Origin: Acetofilamentum sp.
GTDB lineage: Bacteria; Bacteroidota; Bacteroidia; Bacteroidales; DYOH01
Assembly (NCBI GenBank): GCA_020720625.1
Contig: DYOH01000008.1
Coordinates: 11,517 to 75,516 of the forward strand
DNA: 64,000 nucleotides
Reading direction: 5' to 3'
In this document: piece after piece, positions 19,444-29,053 of the stretch
Numbering within the stretch: the stretch's first letter is position 1
Layout of the letters: every line of letters starts with the position of its first letter
Position numbers and translations under genes: made by a program
The notes under the pieces: model-generated
The model's input: the letters and a program-made list of their open reading frames with translations, nothing else
Database searches by the model: none
Told to the model about the DNA's origin: nothing

Positions 19444-21822
19444 ATGATTAACTTTATTCAAAATTTGAATCGTTTAGGGCGCTTTATGAAAAAAATGTGT
19501 TTGCTGTTTTTGTTTTTAGTTGCTTCAATGAGAGGAAATACTCAAACAGATTCAGTATTTTTAAAAAAAGTTGCCTTGATTCTGGAGGTAACCAGGCAAA
19601 TTGATTGGCCTGAGACACATGCTTCAGAAGAAATTCTGCTTGCATATTTAGGAAATTCACCACGTAATTTTTCCATGCGCGAATTAAACAAAGTTGCCGC
19701 CAGCAAAGGAGTTAAGCTAAGGGTTCAAATATATTCCGGTATTAAAACCATCACACATCAACCTCAGGTTTTGTGGATTGAAAAAGGCAGTGCCAATATT
19801 CTTTCGGAGGCTTTAAAAGAATACTACGGAAAGCCGGTGCTGATTATTTCCGAAAATTCGTCTTTCATTCCGCTGCTGATGATGCATTTTCAGTATTATT
19901 CATCAAATAATTATAGCTTTAGGTATAATAAAGCATTGATGACCTTGCAACAGTTGAAATGGAAGCAGAATTTTTTTTCAGATTTGCTCATAAGCGAGTT
20001 ATCTATTGTTCAGTTGTGGCAATACCAATACGAGCAAATAAACTATCAGGAAGAGATTATCAGGCAACTAAAAAGAGAATTGCACAGGCAACTGCAAGCA
20101 TTTCAAAAGCAACATGAAAATTTCAAAAAAACTGAAAAACTGAATAATGGTTTTGAAAATGAAAATATGCTAAATACAGCAGAAGCAGATGTGAAAAATG
20201 CCATGTCTGATGAAATTCTTGGGAGCGAAGAAATTAGCTACGTGAAAAAGGAATACCTAAAACAACAAAGGCATATACAAGCGCAAATGAAAGATATTGA
20301 AATGCGCAATCAAGTGCTAAGTATACAAAGTAAAGAAATAAACATACAGAAAAGTAAAATAGAGCAGCAGAATAATGTGTTAAGTAATCTCAATCGCAAT
20401 GTAAGTTGGCAAAAATCTATTTTATATGTTATCACAGCATTGCTTGTGCTTTCATTTGTATTGGCCTTCTGGGCACTAATTAACAATCGAAAAATCCGCA
20501 AATTCAACGCATTATTATCAAAAAAGAATCAAGAAATGGAGCAACAGCGACAAAGTATGATTCAAACAACGCAAAATCTTGAAAATTTAAATCAAGAGCT
20601 TGAAAAATTATCGATAGTTGCAGCAAAAACCGATAATTCAATTATGCTAATAAGTCCAAACGGTATCATAGAATGGGTAAACTCCGGATTTGAAAGATTA
20701 TACGGAAAAAATCTGGACGAATTGTTTGAGTCGGGAATTTTTGATATTTTCAGTTTTTATAACTCTGTGAATATCAAAGAAATATTCTACCATGCCATAA
20801 ATAAGCAAGAGAGCGTTCATTTCGAAGCGATACATAAGTTTGCAGGCCAGTCCGAAGTTTTTACCCGCACCACACTTAGTCCGGTGCTAAATCATTTGGG
20901 TTATCTACATCGTTTGGTAACCATAGATACAGATATATCCGATATGCGAAAGGCCGAGCAGGAGATATCAAGCCAGGCATTTGAATTGCGCGAAATAAGC
21001 GATATGTTGGTTGAACAAAAAAGAATGCTGGAGTTAAAAAACGAAAATATTAGTGCAAGTATCAGATCTGCTCAATCCATACAATCATCAATTCTCCCAC
21101 TGGAAGAGGAGTTAAACCAGCATTTCGAAACCTTTATTTTATTCAGACCCAAAGAAATAGTCTCGGGAGATTTTTATTGGTATGCACAAATGGAAAAAGA
21201 AGGTAAAAAATTGTATTTTTTTGCCGCTGCCGATTGTTCTGGTCATGGAGTTCCCGGAGCTTTTATGTCGCTTATCGGATTTAGTTTGCTCAACGAGATT
21301 GTACATATCGACCAGCTTTACGAGCCAAAGGAGATTCTTAGACTATTAGACAAAAAATTTCAGAGAGCGCTCCGGCAAAGCAAAACAGATTATAGCGAAG
21401 GCATGGACGTATCCTTTCTGCGTATTACAGTAATTAAGGATAATCCCAATCCGGAGGTTTGCTATTCAGGGGCAAGAAGAAATTTGTACATAGCAAATCT
21501 AAACGAGGATTCCATAAAAATAATTCCCGGAAATAAGCGTAAAATTGGCGATTCAGATGCAATTCACACCGAAATATTTCTTCAGGAAGAGATAATTTGT
21601 CAGAGTAATACAATTTTTTATCTCAGCAGCGACGGGTTTATCGATCAAAGTAATCCGGCACGAAAAAGATATGGTTCTAAAAGGTTTGTGAATACGCTCT
21701 CGGAAATGAAAAATTTGGAAATGTGCCAACAAAAAGTTTTTTTGGAAAAAAGTTTAGATAATTACATGCAATTAACCGAACAAAGAGATGATATTACTAT
21801 ATTAGCAATAAAAATAAAATAA
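19444..21822 (+). CDS. Membrane sensor PP2C (SpoIIE-type) phosphatase with YfiR-like periplasmic domain, coiled coils and PAS
   Basis: 792 aa. After the signal peptide comes a DUF4154/YfiR-like segment (VTRQIDWPE...PVLIISEN). This is followed by a long coiled coil, a TM helix (ILYVITALLVLSFVLAFWALI), and a PAS-like region. The PP2C motifs are SGDFYW, AADCSGHGVPGAFMS and SDGFIDQ. The true start may be MKKMCLL at 19486. Confidence 0.8.
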   Translation: MINFIQNLNRLGRFMKKMCLLFLFLVASMRGNTQTDSVFLKKVALILEVTRQIDWPETHASEEILLAYLGNSPRNFSMRELNKVAASKGVKLRVQIYSGIKTITHQPQVLWIEKGSANILSEALKEYYGKPVLIISENSSFIPLLMMHFQYYSSNNYSFRYNKALMTLQQLKWKQNFFSDLLISELSIVQLWQYQYEQINYQEEIIRQLKRELHRQLQAFQKQHENFKKTEKLNNGFENENMLNTAEADVKNAMSDEILGSEEISYVKKEYLKQQRHIQAQMKDIEMRNQVLSIQSKEINIQKSKIEQQNNVLSNLNRNVSWQKSILYVITALLVLSFVLAFWALINNRKIRKFNALLSKKNQEMEQQRQSMIQTTQNLENLNQELEKLSIVAAKTDNSIMLISPNGIIEWVNSGFERLYGKNLDELFESGIFDIFSFYNSVNIKEIFYHAINKQESVHFEAIHKFAGQSEVFTRTTLSPVLNHLGYLHRLVTIDTDISDMRKAEQEISSQAFELREISDMLVEQKRMLELKNENISASIRSAQSIQSSILPLEEELNQHFETFILFRPKEIVSGDFYWYAQMEKEGKKLYFFAAADCSGHGVPGAFMSLIGFSLLNEIVHIDQLYEPKEILRLLDKKFQRALRQSKTDYSEGMDVSFLRITVIKDNPNPEVCYSGARRNLYIANLNEDSIKIIPGNKRKIGDSDAIHTEIFLQEEIICQSNTIFYLSSDGFIDQSNPARKRYGSKRFVNTLSEMKNLEMCQQKVFLEKSLDNYMQLTEQRDDITILAIKIK

Positions 21823-21837
21823 AATAAATCAATCAAA

Positions 21838-23571
21838 ATGGATAATACATTAATTACCAATGTAATGCTGAAAGCTCAGCAGTGGTTAGACGGAGCCTAC
21901 GACGAAAATACGAAAGCAGAAATCAGGCATTTGATGGAAAATAATCAAAAAGAACTGATTGAATGCTTCTACACCGATTTGGAGTTCGGAACTGGCGGAT
22001 TACGCGGAATAATGGGCGTGGGTACCAACCGGGTAAATATTTATACTGTGGCAATGGCAACCCAGGGATTATCGAATTATCTGATAAAAAATTTTCCGGG
22101 AAAAAAACTCAGTGCAGCTATTGCCTATGATTGCCGGAATAATGGCCAACTTTTTGCCCAAAAAACGGCCGAAGTTTTTGCCGCTAACGGAATAAAAGTA
22201 TATCTGTTCGACTCCCTAAGACCAACACCCGAATTGTCGTTTGCCATTCGCCATTTTGCTTGTCAGACAGGTGTTGTTGTAACCGCATCGCATAATCCTA
22301 AAGAATACAACGGCTATAAAGTTTATTGGGAAGACGGTGCACAGATTATTGCCCCTCACGATAAAAATATTATCGCCGAAGTACGAAAAATATCATCCAT
22401 CTCTGATGTAAAACAGAAGGCCAGCGAAGGCATGATACATTCAATTGGAAATGAAGTAGATGCAGTGTACCTTAATCGCTTAGAAACCGTAGTAAAGGGA
22501 AAAGAATACATCAGCAAAGTTGCAGACATGAAAATTGTGTACACACCAATTCACGGAACGGGCGTGGAGCTGGTGCCAGCCATTTTAAAACAAATTGGGT
22601 TTAATAATATTTATGGAGTAGATGCTCAAAATGTGGTAGATGGCAATTTTCCTACAGTTCAATCGCCAAATCCGGAAAATGCCGATGCACTGCAAATGGC
22701 TATTGATAAAGCAATGGAAGTAGATGCAGATTTAGTGATGGCTACCGACCCCGATGCCGACCGCGTTGGAATTGCAATTAAAGTTAATAATCAATTTTTA
22801 TTACTCAACGGAAATCAAACAGGAGCCATTCTCAGCTATTATATGCTAAACACCTGGAAAGAACAAAATTTGCTGCAAGGCAAAGAGTATATGGTAAAAA
22901 CTATAGTAACCACTGAACTAATTGCCGAAATGGCCAAAGCATTTCATGTGGAGTATTATGATGTACTTACAGGATTTAAATATATAGCCGGAATTATGCG
23001 CCAAAACGAAGGTAAAAAAACTTTTATTTTTGGTGGTGAAGAGAGCTATGGATATTTGGCCGGAGATTTTGTGCGCGATAAAGATGCCGTGATGGCCTGT
23101 GCATTAATCGCCGAAACCGCAGCTTGGGCAAAAAACCAGAATAAATCTTTGTGGGATATTTTGATGGAAATTTATGCTAAATATGGGTATTTTCAAGAGG
23201 ATTTGGTAAATGTAGTAAAAAAAGGCAAAGAAGGAGCAGAAGAAATTAGCCGGATGATGCAAAATTTCAGGGATAACACTCCTGCAAAAATTGGAGGTTC
23301 TGATGTGGTTATGATAAAAGACTATCTAAACAGCGAAACCATTAATCTAAAAGAAAACAGAAGAGAAAATATTTCACTTCCGAAAGAAAATGTGCTTCAG
23401 TTTATTACCGAAGATTTTACTAAAATTTCTGTCAGACCAAGTGGTACGGAGCCAAAGATTAAGTTTTATGTAAGCGTTAAAATTGATTTAGCCAAGTCCG
23501 AAAATTTTGAAGCCGCACAGAAATGTGCCCGTGAAAAAATTCTGTTGGTTAAAAGCGATTTAGCGATTTAA
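21838..23571 (+). CDS. pgm: Phosphoglucomutase/phosphomannomutase family protein
   Basis: 577 aa with the active-site loop TASHNPKEYNGYKV, the metal loop DPDADR and the sugar-binding motif GGEESYG. Confidence 0.9.
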   Translation: MDNTLITNVMLKAQQWLDGAYDENTKAEIRHLMENNQKELIECFYTDLEFGTGGLRGIMGVGTNRVNIYTVAMATQGLSNYLIKNFPGKKLSAAIAYDCRNNGQLFAQKTAEVFAANGIKVYLFDSLRPTPELSFAIRHFACQTGVVVTASHNPKEYNGYKVYWEDGAQIIAPHDKNIIAEVRKISSISDVKQKASEGMIHSIGNEVDAVYLNRLETVVKGKEYISKVADMKIVYTPIHGTGVELVPAILKQIGFNNIYGVDAQNVVDGNFPTVQSPNPENADALQMAIDKAMEVDADLVMATDPDADRVGIAIKVNNQFLLLNGNQTGAILSYYMLNTWKEQNLLQGKEYMVKTIVTTELIAEMAKAFHVEYYDVLTGFKYIAGIMRQNEGKKTFIFGGEESYGYLAGDFVRDKDAVMACALIAETAAWAKNQNKSLWDILMEIYAKYGYFQEDLVNVVKKGKEGAEEISRMMQNFRDNTPAKIGGSDVVMIKDYLNSETINLKENRRENISLPKENVLQFITEDFTKISVRPSGTEPKIKFYVSVKIDLAKSENFEAAQKCAREKILLVKSDLAI

Positions 23572-23587
23572 TTAAATGCATGTTTTT

Positions 23588-23625
23588 ATCATGGAAATTA
23601 ATTGCAAAATTTCCATGATTTTACC
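23588..23625 (+). terminator. Intrinsic terminator after pgm
   Basis: A perfect 10-bp stem, ATCATGGAAA/TTTCCATGAT, is followed by TTTACCTTT. Confidence 0.6.
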
Positions 23626-23654
23626 TTTAACAAAAAATATAAATTAAAAGAAAA

Positions 23655-24470
23655 ATGAAAAAAATTATAGGATTTATTTTTGTTTTGGCGCTGTTTTCTT
23701 CCTGCGATCAATTATTGAAAATAGCTAACGAGACAGCCAATAATTATCAGAATAATAATGAATTAACCAAAGAGGAGGTTGCCGATGGCTTAAAAACGGC
23801 TTTGAATGTTGGAGCAGAAAATTCAGTGAATATTTTACATGCTCAGGATGGTTATTTTGCAGATATGGCTGTAAAAATATTTTTACCAAAAGAAGCCGGC
23901 GATTTATTAGAGAAGGCAAAAACCAACAATATGGCCAAAACTTTGGGGCTCGACAAACAAATTCAGCAACTTGAATCAGATGTGATTTTAAGAATTAATA
24001 GAGCCGCCGAAAACGCTGCTACCGAGGCAAAACCAATTTTTATCAATGCAATTACCGGTTTAAGTATACCGCAAGCCTGGGATATTCTGAAAGGTCGTAA
24101 TCCTATGGCAGCTACTCAAACCATGGGTTTTGATTCGGCTGCTGCCACCCATTATCTTCAATCGGCAACTTATCCGGCTCTTAAGCAGGCATTTACTCCT
24201 AAAATAAATTTAGCACTCGACAAAAAGCTGGTTGGCAATATTTCTACAAACGAGGCATGGAATAAGCTTACCGGGGTTTACAATAAAGTTGCGCCCTATA
24301 TTGGCGGACAACAATTAAACCCTTCGCTATCTGACTATGTAACCGAAAAAGCTTTAGACGGCCTTTTTTTTAAAGTGGCACAAACCGAAAAAGAAATTAG
24401 ACGCGAGCCGGCTGTTTGGGCAAAAAAAGTGGCCAAAGATATTCTCAATAAGGTTTTCGGGCGCAAATAA
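23655..24470 (+). CDS. DUF4197-family lipoprotein, paralog 1
   Basis: 271 aa with lipobox LFSSC. Conserved blocks are GLKTALNVG, DGYF, KIFLP, NRAAENAA.EAKPIF, AWDIL, DSAATHYL and KALDGLF.KVA. Confidence 0.8.
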   Translation: MKKIIGFIFVLALFSSCDQLLKIANETANNYQNNNELTKEEVADGLKTALNVGAENSVNILHAQDGYFADMAVKIFLPKEAGDLLEKAKTNNMAKTLGLDKQIQQLESDVILRINRAAENAATEAKPIFINAITGLSIPQAWDILKGRNPMAATQTMGFDSAAATHYLQSATYPALKQAFTPKINLALDKKLVGNISTNEAWNKLTGVYNKVAPYIGGQQLNPSLSDYVTEKALDGLFFKVAQTEKEIRREPAVWAKKVAKDILNKVFGRK

Positions 24471-24480
24471 CAAACATTAT

Positions 24481-24520
24481 CGGGGCTTTTGCGTATAAAA
24501 CAGAAGCCCTATTATTGCTA
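24481..24520 (+). terminator. Possible terminator after DUF4197 paralog 1
   Basis: The stem GGGCTT(T)TG/CAGAAGCCC has one mismatch and is followed by TATTATTGC. The T tract is weak. Confidence 0.4.
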
Positions 24521-24531
24521 AGTATTTAGAT

Positions 24532-24680
24532 TTATGAATCTAAATGCAGTAAACCCCGCCTTAGTGAAGCTTCCCGGATTTGTAATTTTTGCACCTAGCT
24601 GAACTTAGTCGCTATGGAAGATAGAGAAAATTCTTTGAACTAAGAAGTCCTGAGAAGAGTTCATTTTGGGGCTGAATTTA
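24532..24680 (+). repeat. Conserved intergenic element, copy A
   Basis: It aligns with 25869-26020. The 5-prime block matches 14/15 (TTATGAATCTAAATG). The core matches 29/36 (GAAGATAGAGAAAATTCTTTGAACTAAGAAGTCCTG). A TCATTTT..GGCT block follows. Confidence 0.6.
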
Positions 24681-24859
24681 ATCGTGCCTTATGCTATTGT
24701 GTGCTGCAGCGGCAGATAATAATAGCAAAAAAAATGGCCTTTAAAATGAAATTATGCGTTTTAAATTTTGTTTCTGGTAAACATTTTTACTGTAATTCTT
24801 GCGAAAGTTGAGCGTTTAACCAAGCAAACATATATTTTTTTATCTTAAACTATGCTACC

Positions 24860-25675
24860 ATGAAAAAACTTGCACTAATTTTAATGCTTTTTCCATTATT
24901 GTTGTTTTCTTGCGATTCTTTATTGGATGTGCTTGAAGAAGCCGACGAACTAACTAAAGAACAAGTTATTGAAGGACTAAAAACCGCCTTAATTGTTGGA
25001 TCAGATACTTCTGTTGTTGTTGTTAGTCAGCAAGATGGTTATTTTGAAGATATACTTATCAAGATTTTTTTACCGCAGGATGCTCAAGAAATTCTGGATA
25101 AGGCAATTAATAGCACCTTAATTCAGAACAGCGGTTTGGATAAATTTCTAAGTGCACAAATAGAAAAAGTAATTTTGCTTATGAATAGAGCCGCCGAAAA
25201 TGCTGCATACGAGGCAAAACCCATTTTTTCTGATGCTATTACAAATTTATCGCTGGTAGATGCATGGGATATACTGAACGGAATAAACCCCGGGGCAAGC
25301 ACAAAATCTAACGAATTTGACAGTTCGGCAGCAACACACTATCTGATGGTTGTAACTTATACTCAGCTTTTTGAAGCTTATGAACCCAAAATAAACAATG
25401 CACTTGCGAAAAATCTGGTTGGCGATGTTTCTACAAACGAAGCATGGAAGGTAGTTACTGATTATTACAACCCGGTAGCTCCACTAATTGGCGGAGAGCC
25501 ACTCAATGTTTCGTTGGCCGAACATGTTACCCAAAAGGCACTCGATGGTTTATTTGTAAAAGTAGCCGATTTCGAAATTCAGATTCGCAGAGATCCTGTT
25601 GCTTGGGCTTTAAAAACTGCCGAATCTATTTTGGAGATTGTGTTTGGGAGTACCCAGAATACTTCCGGAAAGTAA
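24860..25675 (+). CDS. DUF4197-family lipoprotein, paralog 2
   Basis: 271 aa, the same length as paralog 1 and roughly half identical by eye. Lipobox is LLFSC, and the conserved blocks are the same. Confidence 0.8.
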   Translation: MKKLALILMLFPLLLFSCDSLLDVLEEADELTKEQVIEGLKTALIVGSDTSVVVVSQQDGYFEDILIKIFLPQDAQEILDKAINSTLIQNSGLDKFLSAQIEKVILLMNRAAENAAYEAKPIFSDAITNLSLVDAWDILNGINPGASTKSNEFDSSAATHYLMVVTYTQLFEAYEPKINNALAKNLVGDVSTNEAWKVVTDYYNPVAPLIGGEPLNVSLAEHVTQKALDGLFVKVADFEIQIRRDPVAWALKTAESILEIVFGSTQNTSGK

Positions 25676-25715
25676 TTCACTGGTTCTAATTATTATTTAC
25701 CTAAGAATAAACTTT

Positions 25716-25768
25716 GGGGTGTAGGAATAGAAATTTTCTATTGTTTACATCCCATCTGCTTTTATTAA
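25716..25768 (+). terminator. Possible terminator after DUF4197 paralog 2
   Basis: An extended hairpin, GGGGTGTAGGAATAGAAA-TTTCTATTGTTTACATCCC, is followed by ATCTGCTTTTATT. Confidence 0.45.
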
Positions 25769-25868
25769 ATGCTTCATCAGTAACCAATTTTTTTTTAAGC
25801 TTATCAATTATTTAGATCAACATACACACACATGCAAATAGTTAGCTAAAATGCATAAAAATTACAGC

Positions 25869-26020
25869 TTATAAATCTAAATGAAAGAAACCCATACCTG
25901 ATAAACTTCCCCGGTAAAGAATTTTCGGGCTATGTGGAACATATCTTCTTTGTTAGCGAAGAAAGCGAAAATTCTATGAACAACGAAGTTCTTAACGTTA
26001 TCATTTTCCGGCTTGCATTA
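25869..26020 (+). repeat. Conserved intergenic element, copy B
   Basis: This is the homolog of 24532-24680. Within it, AGAATTTTC (25919-25927) is fully complementary to GAAAATTCT in the core. Downstream, TTCCGGCTT (26006-26014) pairs with AAGCCGGAA (26077-26085), which is followed by T6. Confidence 0.6.
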
Positions 26021-26099
26021 CCCTAATTTTCGCATGCGATAACTTTTATGCATTTTTCAAGCATTTTTTGTAAAATAAGCCGGAATTTTTTACTTTTAC

Positions 26100-26882
26100 A
26101 TGGTAAATAAGCTAAAAATTATGTTGTCTACAATTGCCTTATCATTAGCTCCGGTTTTAGTCATCTTATTATATATTTATTCGCGCGATAAATATGAGAA
26201 GGAACCTATAGGAATATTACTGCGGGCCTTATTGGCCGGTATTATTATTGTGTTGCCTACTGTGTTGATAGAGAGTTGGTTGACTAATATTGCAATAGCA
26301 ATTTTTCCCACCAGCTTAAGAGAAGTTGGTTTAGCGGAAGTAGAATTTGTTGGAAACAATGAACAACTAATAGCTTATAATGCTTACAATAGTTTTCTGG
26401 TTGCCGGACTTACCGAAGAATTATTCAAATACTTGGCTTTTATTCTTATCATCTGGAAGAATCGGAATTTTAACGAGCTTTTTGATGGCATAATTTATGC
26501 ATCTTATATCTCGCTTGGATTTGCTGCTGTAGAAAATTTGTTTTATGTGTTCGAAATGGGTACAGGAACCGGTATTTTGAGAGCATTTACTGCCGTGCCC
26601 GGGCATGCATTATTTGGTGTTGCAATGGGGTATTACTTTGGAATTGCTAAATTTAATCCAAAGGCTACAAAATTATATCTTGTTTTGGCCTTTGTAGTGC
26701 CATTTGTACTGCATGGTATCTACGACTTTATCTTGCTTTCTGGAAATACCTTACTTTTGTTGTTGTTCATTCCGTTTATTATTTTTCTTTGGATATTAGG
26801 GTTTTACAAAATGAAGAAGCATGCCAAAAACTCAATTTTCAATCAGGAAAATAAAATGGTAGAATTGAACGATGAAGAGTAA
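26100..26882 (+). CDS. prsW: PrsW-family intramembrane glutamic/metallo-protease
   Basis: 260 aa and polytopic, with EELFKY and HALFG motifs. The start could instead be the ATG at 26121 (MLSTIAL). Confidence 0.82.
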   Translation: MVNKLKIMLSTIALSLAPVLVILLYIYSRDKYEKEPIGILLRALLAGIIIVLPTVLIESWLTNIAIAIFPTSLREVGLAEVEFVGNNEQLIAYNAYNSFLVAGLTEELFKYLAFILIIWKNRNFNELFDGIIYASYISLGFAAVENLFYVFEMGTGTGILRAFTAVPGHALFGVAMGYYFGIAKFNPKATKLYLVLAFVVPFVLHGIYDFILLSGNTLLLLLFIPFIIFLWILGFYKMKKHAKNSIFNQENKMVELNDEE

Positions 26883-26912
26883 TTAAATTTTTTCTATACG
26901 GGTCTATTTGTT

Positions 26913-27575
26913 TTATATCGGCTTTATTGCATTAAGCATGTGGTGTTTACCTGCAGCTCCTTTTAGACGCTTTATTGCCATTCCGGCTTTGCGTAAGCTT
27001 TCTTTTACAGTACCCTTTGCGGTATAAGTAGAAAGAATTCCACCTGGTTTTAGGCAATAATACATTTTTTGCATCAAATTATCCGTCCACATTTCCGGCT
27101 GCTTATCTGGTCCAAAGGCATCGTAATAAATTACATCAAAGGCATCGGGTGGGAGAGAAGCATTCAGAATATCTATTTCCCTTTTGGTTAAATCAAAAAA
27201 CGGATGTATAGCTTGCTCCTTGTCCCAGACAGCATTTATTATGCTAAAATACAAGTGCTTATCTTTTTCAAAGTAATCCGGGTAATTTAGAGCGTGTAGT
27301 GTTTCATTATTTAAAGGATATTTTTCTAATCCGAGATAATGAATTTTGATTTTATTATTTGCAGCAAACATAGCCGATAAAAAGGCATTTAGTCCTGTAC
27401 CAAATCCAATTTCGAGCACAAAAATTTCGTTCGATTCAATTTGTTTTAATCCCCCGTTAATGTATACATGTTCGGCTTCTTCAATGGCTCCGTTTGTGCT
27501 ATGATAGTGCTCATCAAATTCGGGTACGAATAGCGTATGGTCGCCATTTTTTGTTTTTACTATTTTGGTAATCAT
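26913..27575 (-). CDS. mnmD: tRNA (mnm5s2U34) methyltransferase, stand-alone MnmD-type
   Basis: 220 aa with the SAM motif LEIGFGTGLN and YDAFGPDKQPEMW, typical of the MnmC methyltransferase domain. Confidence 0.8.
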   Translation of the reverse strand: MITKIVKTKNGDHTLFVPEFDEHYHSTNGAIEEAEHVYINGGLKQIESNEIFVLEIGFGTGLNAFLSAMFAANNKIKIHYLGLEKYPLNNETLHALNYPDYFEKDKHLYFSIINAVWDKEQAIHPFFDLTKREIDILNASLPPDAFDVIYYDAFGPDKQPEMWTDNLMQKMYYCLKPGGILSTYTAKGTVKESLRKAGMAIKRLKGAAGKHHMLNAIKPI

Positions 27576-27639
27576 TTTAAAATCAATAATATTAAAAAAT
27601 AATGACGATTTTCTACCATTTACATATAAAAGATTCCTG

Positions 27640-27678
27640 GAAAATGGAAAGCCACAAAGAATAATTTTTGTGGCTTTT
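27640..27678 (-). terminator. Hairpin terminator after gcvT
   Basis: An 11-bp perfect stem, AAAGCCACAAA/TTTGTGGCTTT, has T-rich sequence on both sides. It sits 42 nt after the gcvT stop. Confidence 0.5.
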
Positions 27679-27719
27679 ACAATATTTTTTTGCGGAAAAT
27701 AAATACTTAATAGATTTTA

Positions 27720-28808
27720 CTATAGTTGGAAAAAAGGAGTTTTTACAATCTGTGCCGAAATATTTTTATTTCTGATTTGAATAAAAATTTCTGTTCCAAG
27801 TTCAGCATAATCAGCATTTATATAGCCCATACCAATAGATTTTTTAGTCAAAGGAGAATTAGTTCCGCTGGTAACAACACCAATTTTTTCGCCCTGCGCA
27901 TTCACAATATCATAGCCGTGTCGAGCTATACCTTTGTCTTTAAGTTCAAAAGCTTTCAATTTCCTTCCGGGTCCTTCATGCTTAATTATTTCGTTGTATT
28001 CTCTGTCAATAAAATTATTACCATCTTCAAATTTGGTAATCCATCCTAAACCCGCTTCAATCGGATTTGTGGTATCGTCGATATCATTACCATATAAGCA
28101 AAAGCCTGCCTCTAATCTTAAAGTATCTCTGGCACCTAATCCTATTGGTTTAATATCGAATTCTATACCTGCATCAAAGATGGCATTCCAGATTTTTGCG
28201 CCATCGTTATTTCTCATATAAATTTCGAAGCCGCCAGAACCTGTATAACCTGTTGCAGAAATTATAACGTCTTTAACGCCGGCAAATTCTCCTACAGTAA
28301 ATGTGTAGTAAGTGATTTCGCTTAAATTTACATTCGTTAATTTTTGAAGTACTTTTATGGCGTTTGGACCTTGAATGGCTAATTGGGAGATCTGGTCTGA
28401 GGCATTTTCTAAAACTGCTCCTTCTGTATTGTTTTGTAGCACCCAGTTCCAATCTTTCTCAATATTGGCGGCGTTCACAACGAGCAAGTATTTTTCGTTT
28501 TCGTAGTGATAAACCAATAAATCGTCAACTATTCCACCTTGGCCATTTGGAAAGCATGAATATTGAATTTTGCCCGAACTAAGTTTGGCTACATTATTTG
28601 AAGTGATTTTTTGAACTAAATTAAAAGCTTTGGGGCCTTTTATCCAGAATTCGCCCATGTGAGAAACATCAAAAACTCCTACGCCCTGGCGCACTGCCAG
28701 ATGTTCTTTGCTGATTCCTTCGTATTCTATTGGCATATAAAAGCCTGCGAATTCTACCATTTTTGCGCCCAAATTTTTATGAAATTCTGTAAAAACTGTT
28801 GTTTTCAT
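27720..28808 (-). CDS. gcvT: Glycine cleavage system aminomethyltransferase (T protein)
   Basis: 362 aa with [18 protein letters not shown] and [11 protein letters not shown]. Confidence 0.93.
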   Translation of the reverse strand: MKTTVFTEFHKNLGAKMVEFAGFYMPIEYEGISKEHLAVRQGVGVFDVSHMGEFWIKGPKAFNLVQKITSNNVAKLSSGKIQYSCFPNGQGGIVDDLLVYHYENEKYLLVVNAANIEKDWNWVLQNNTEGAVLENASDQISQLAIQGPNAIKVLQKLTNVNLSEITYYTFTVGEFAGVKDVIISATGYTGSGGFEIYMRNNDGAKIWNAIFDAGIEFDIKPIGLGARDTLRLEAGFCLYGNDIDDTTNPIEAGLGWITKFEDGNNFIDREYNEIIKHEGPGRKLKAFELKDKGIARHGYDIVNAQGEKIGVVTSGTNSPLTKKSIGMGYINADYAELGTEIFIQIRNKNISAQIVKTPFFQL

Positions 28809-28833
28809 TTAGTAAGCTTTTTTAAATTTGAAA

Positions 28834-28841
28834 CAAAGTTA
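28834..28841 (-). promoter_or_regulatory. Bacteroidota-type -7 box (TAACTTTG) upstream of gcvT
   Basis: The minus strand reads TAACTTTG, 26 nt upstream of the gcvT ATG. Confidence 0.45.
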
Positions 28842-29053
28842 AGAAAAAAGCACGCACTTAATGGGACGAAAATGCTATTTAAAAACATTTAGTTATAATT
28901 ATAACCTATTGAGCATGTTATGCTTAAGCTTTCGGGTTTTAGGATATTATTACTACACTAAATCTTTGTTAAGCATTTATTTAATCTTACTGAATTAGGC
29001 GTTTAAGTTATAAAATGTTGGATTTATGGTTGCTCAAGTATATACTTGATTTT

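Noticed and set aside
24601-24664. Small minus-strand ORFs over the conserved intergenic core: 19 codons in copy A, and 24 codons in copy B at 25928-26004.
   Set aside because: The two peptides (MNSSQDFLVQRIFSIFHSD and MITLRTSLFIEFSLSSLTKKICST) differ at nearly every position although the DNA is about 80 percent identical. The conservation is therefore not protein-coding.
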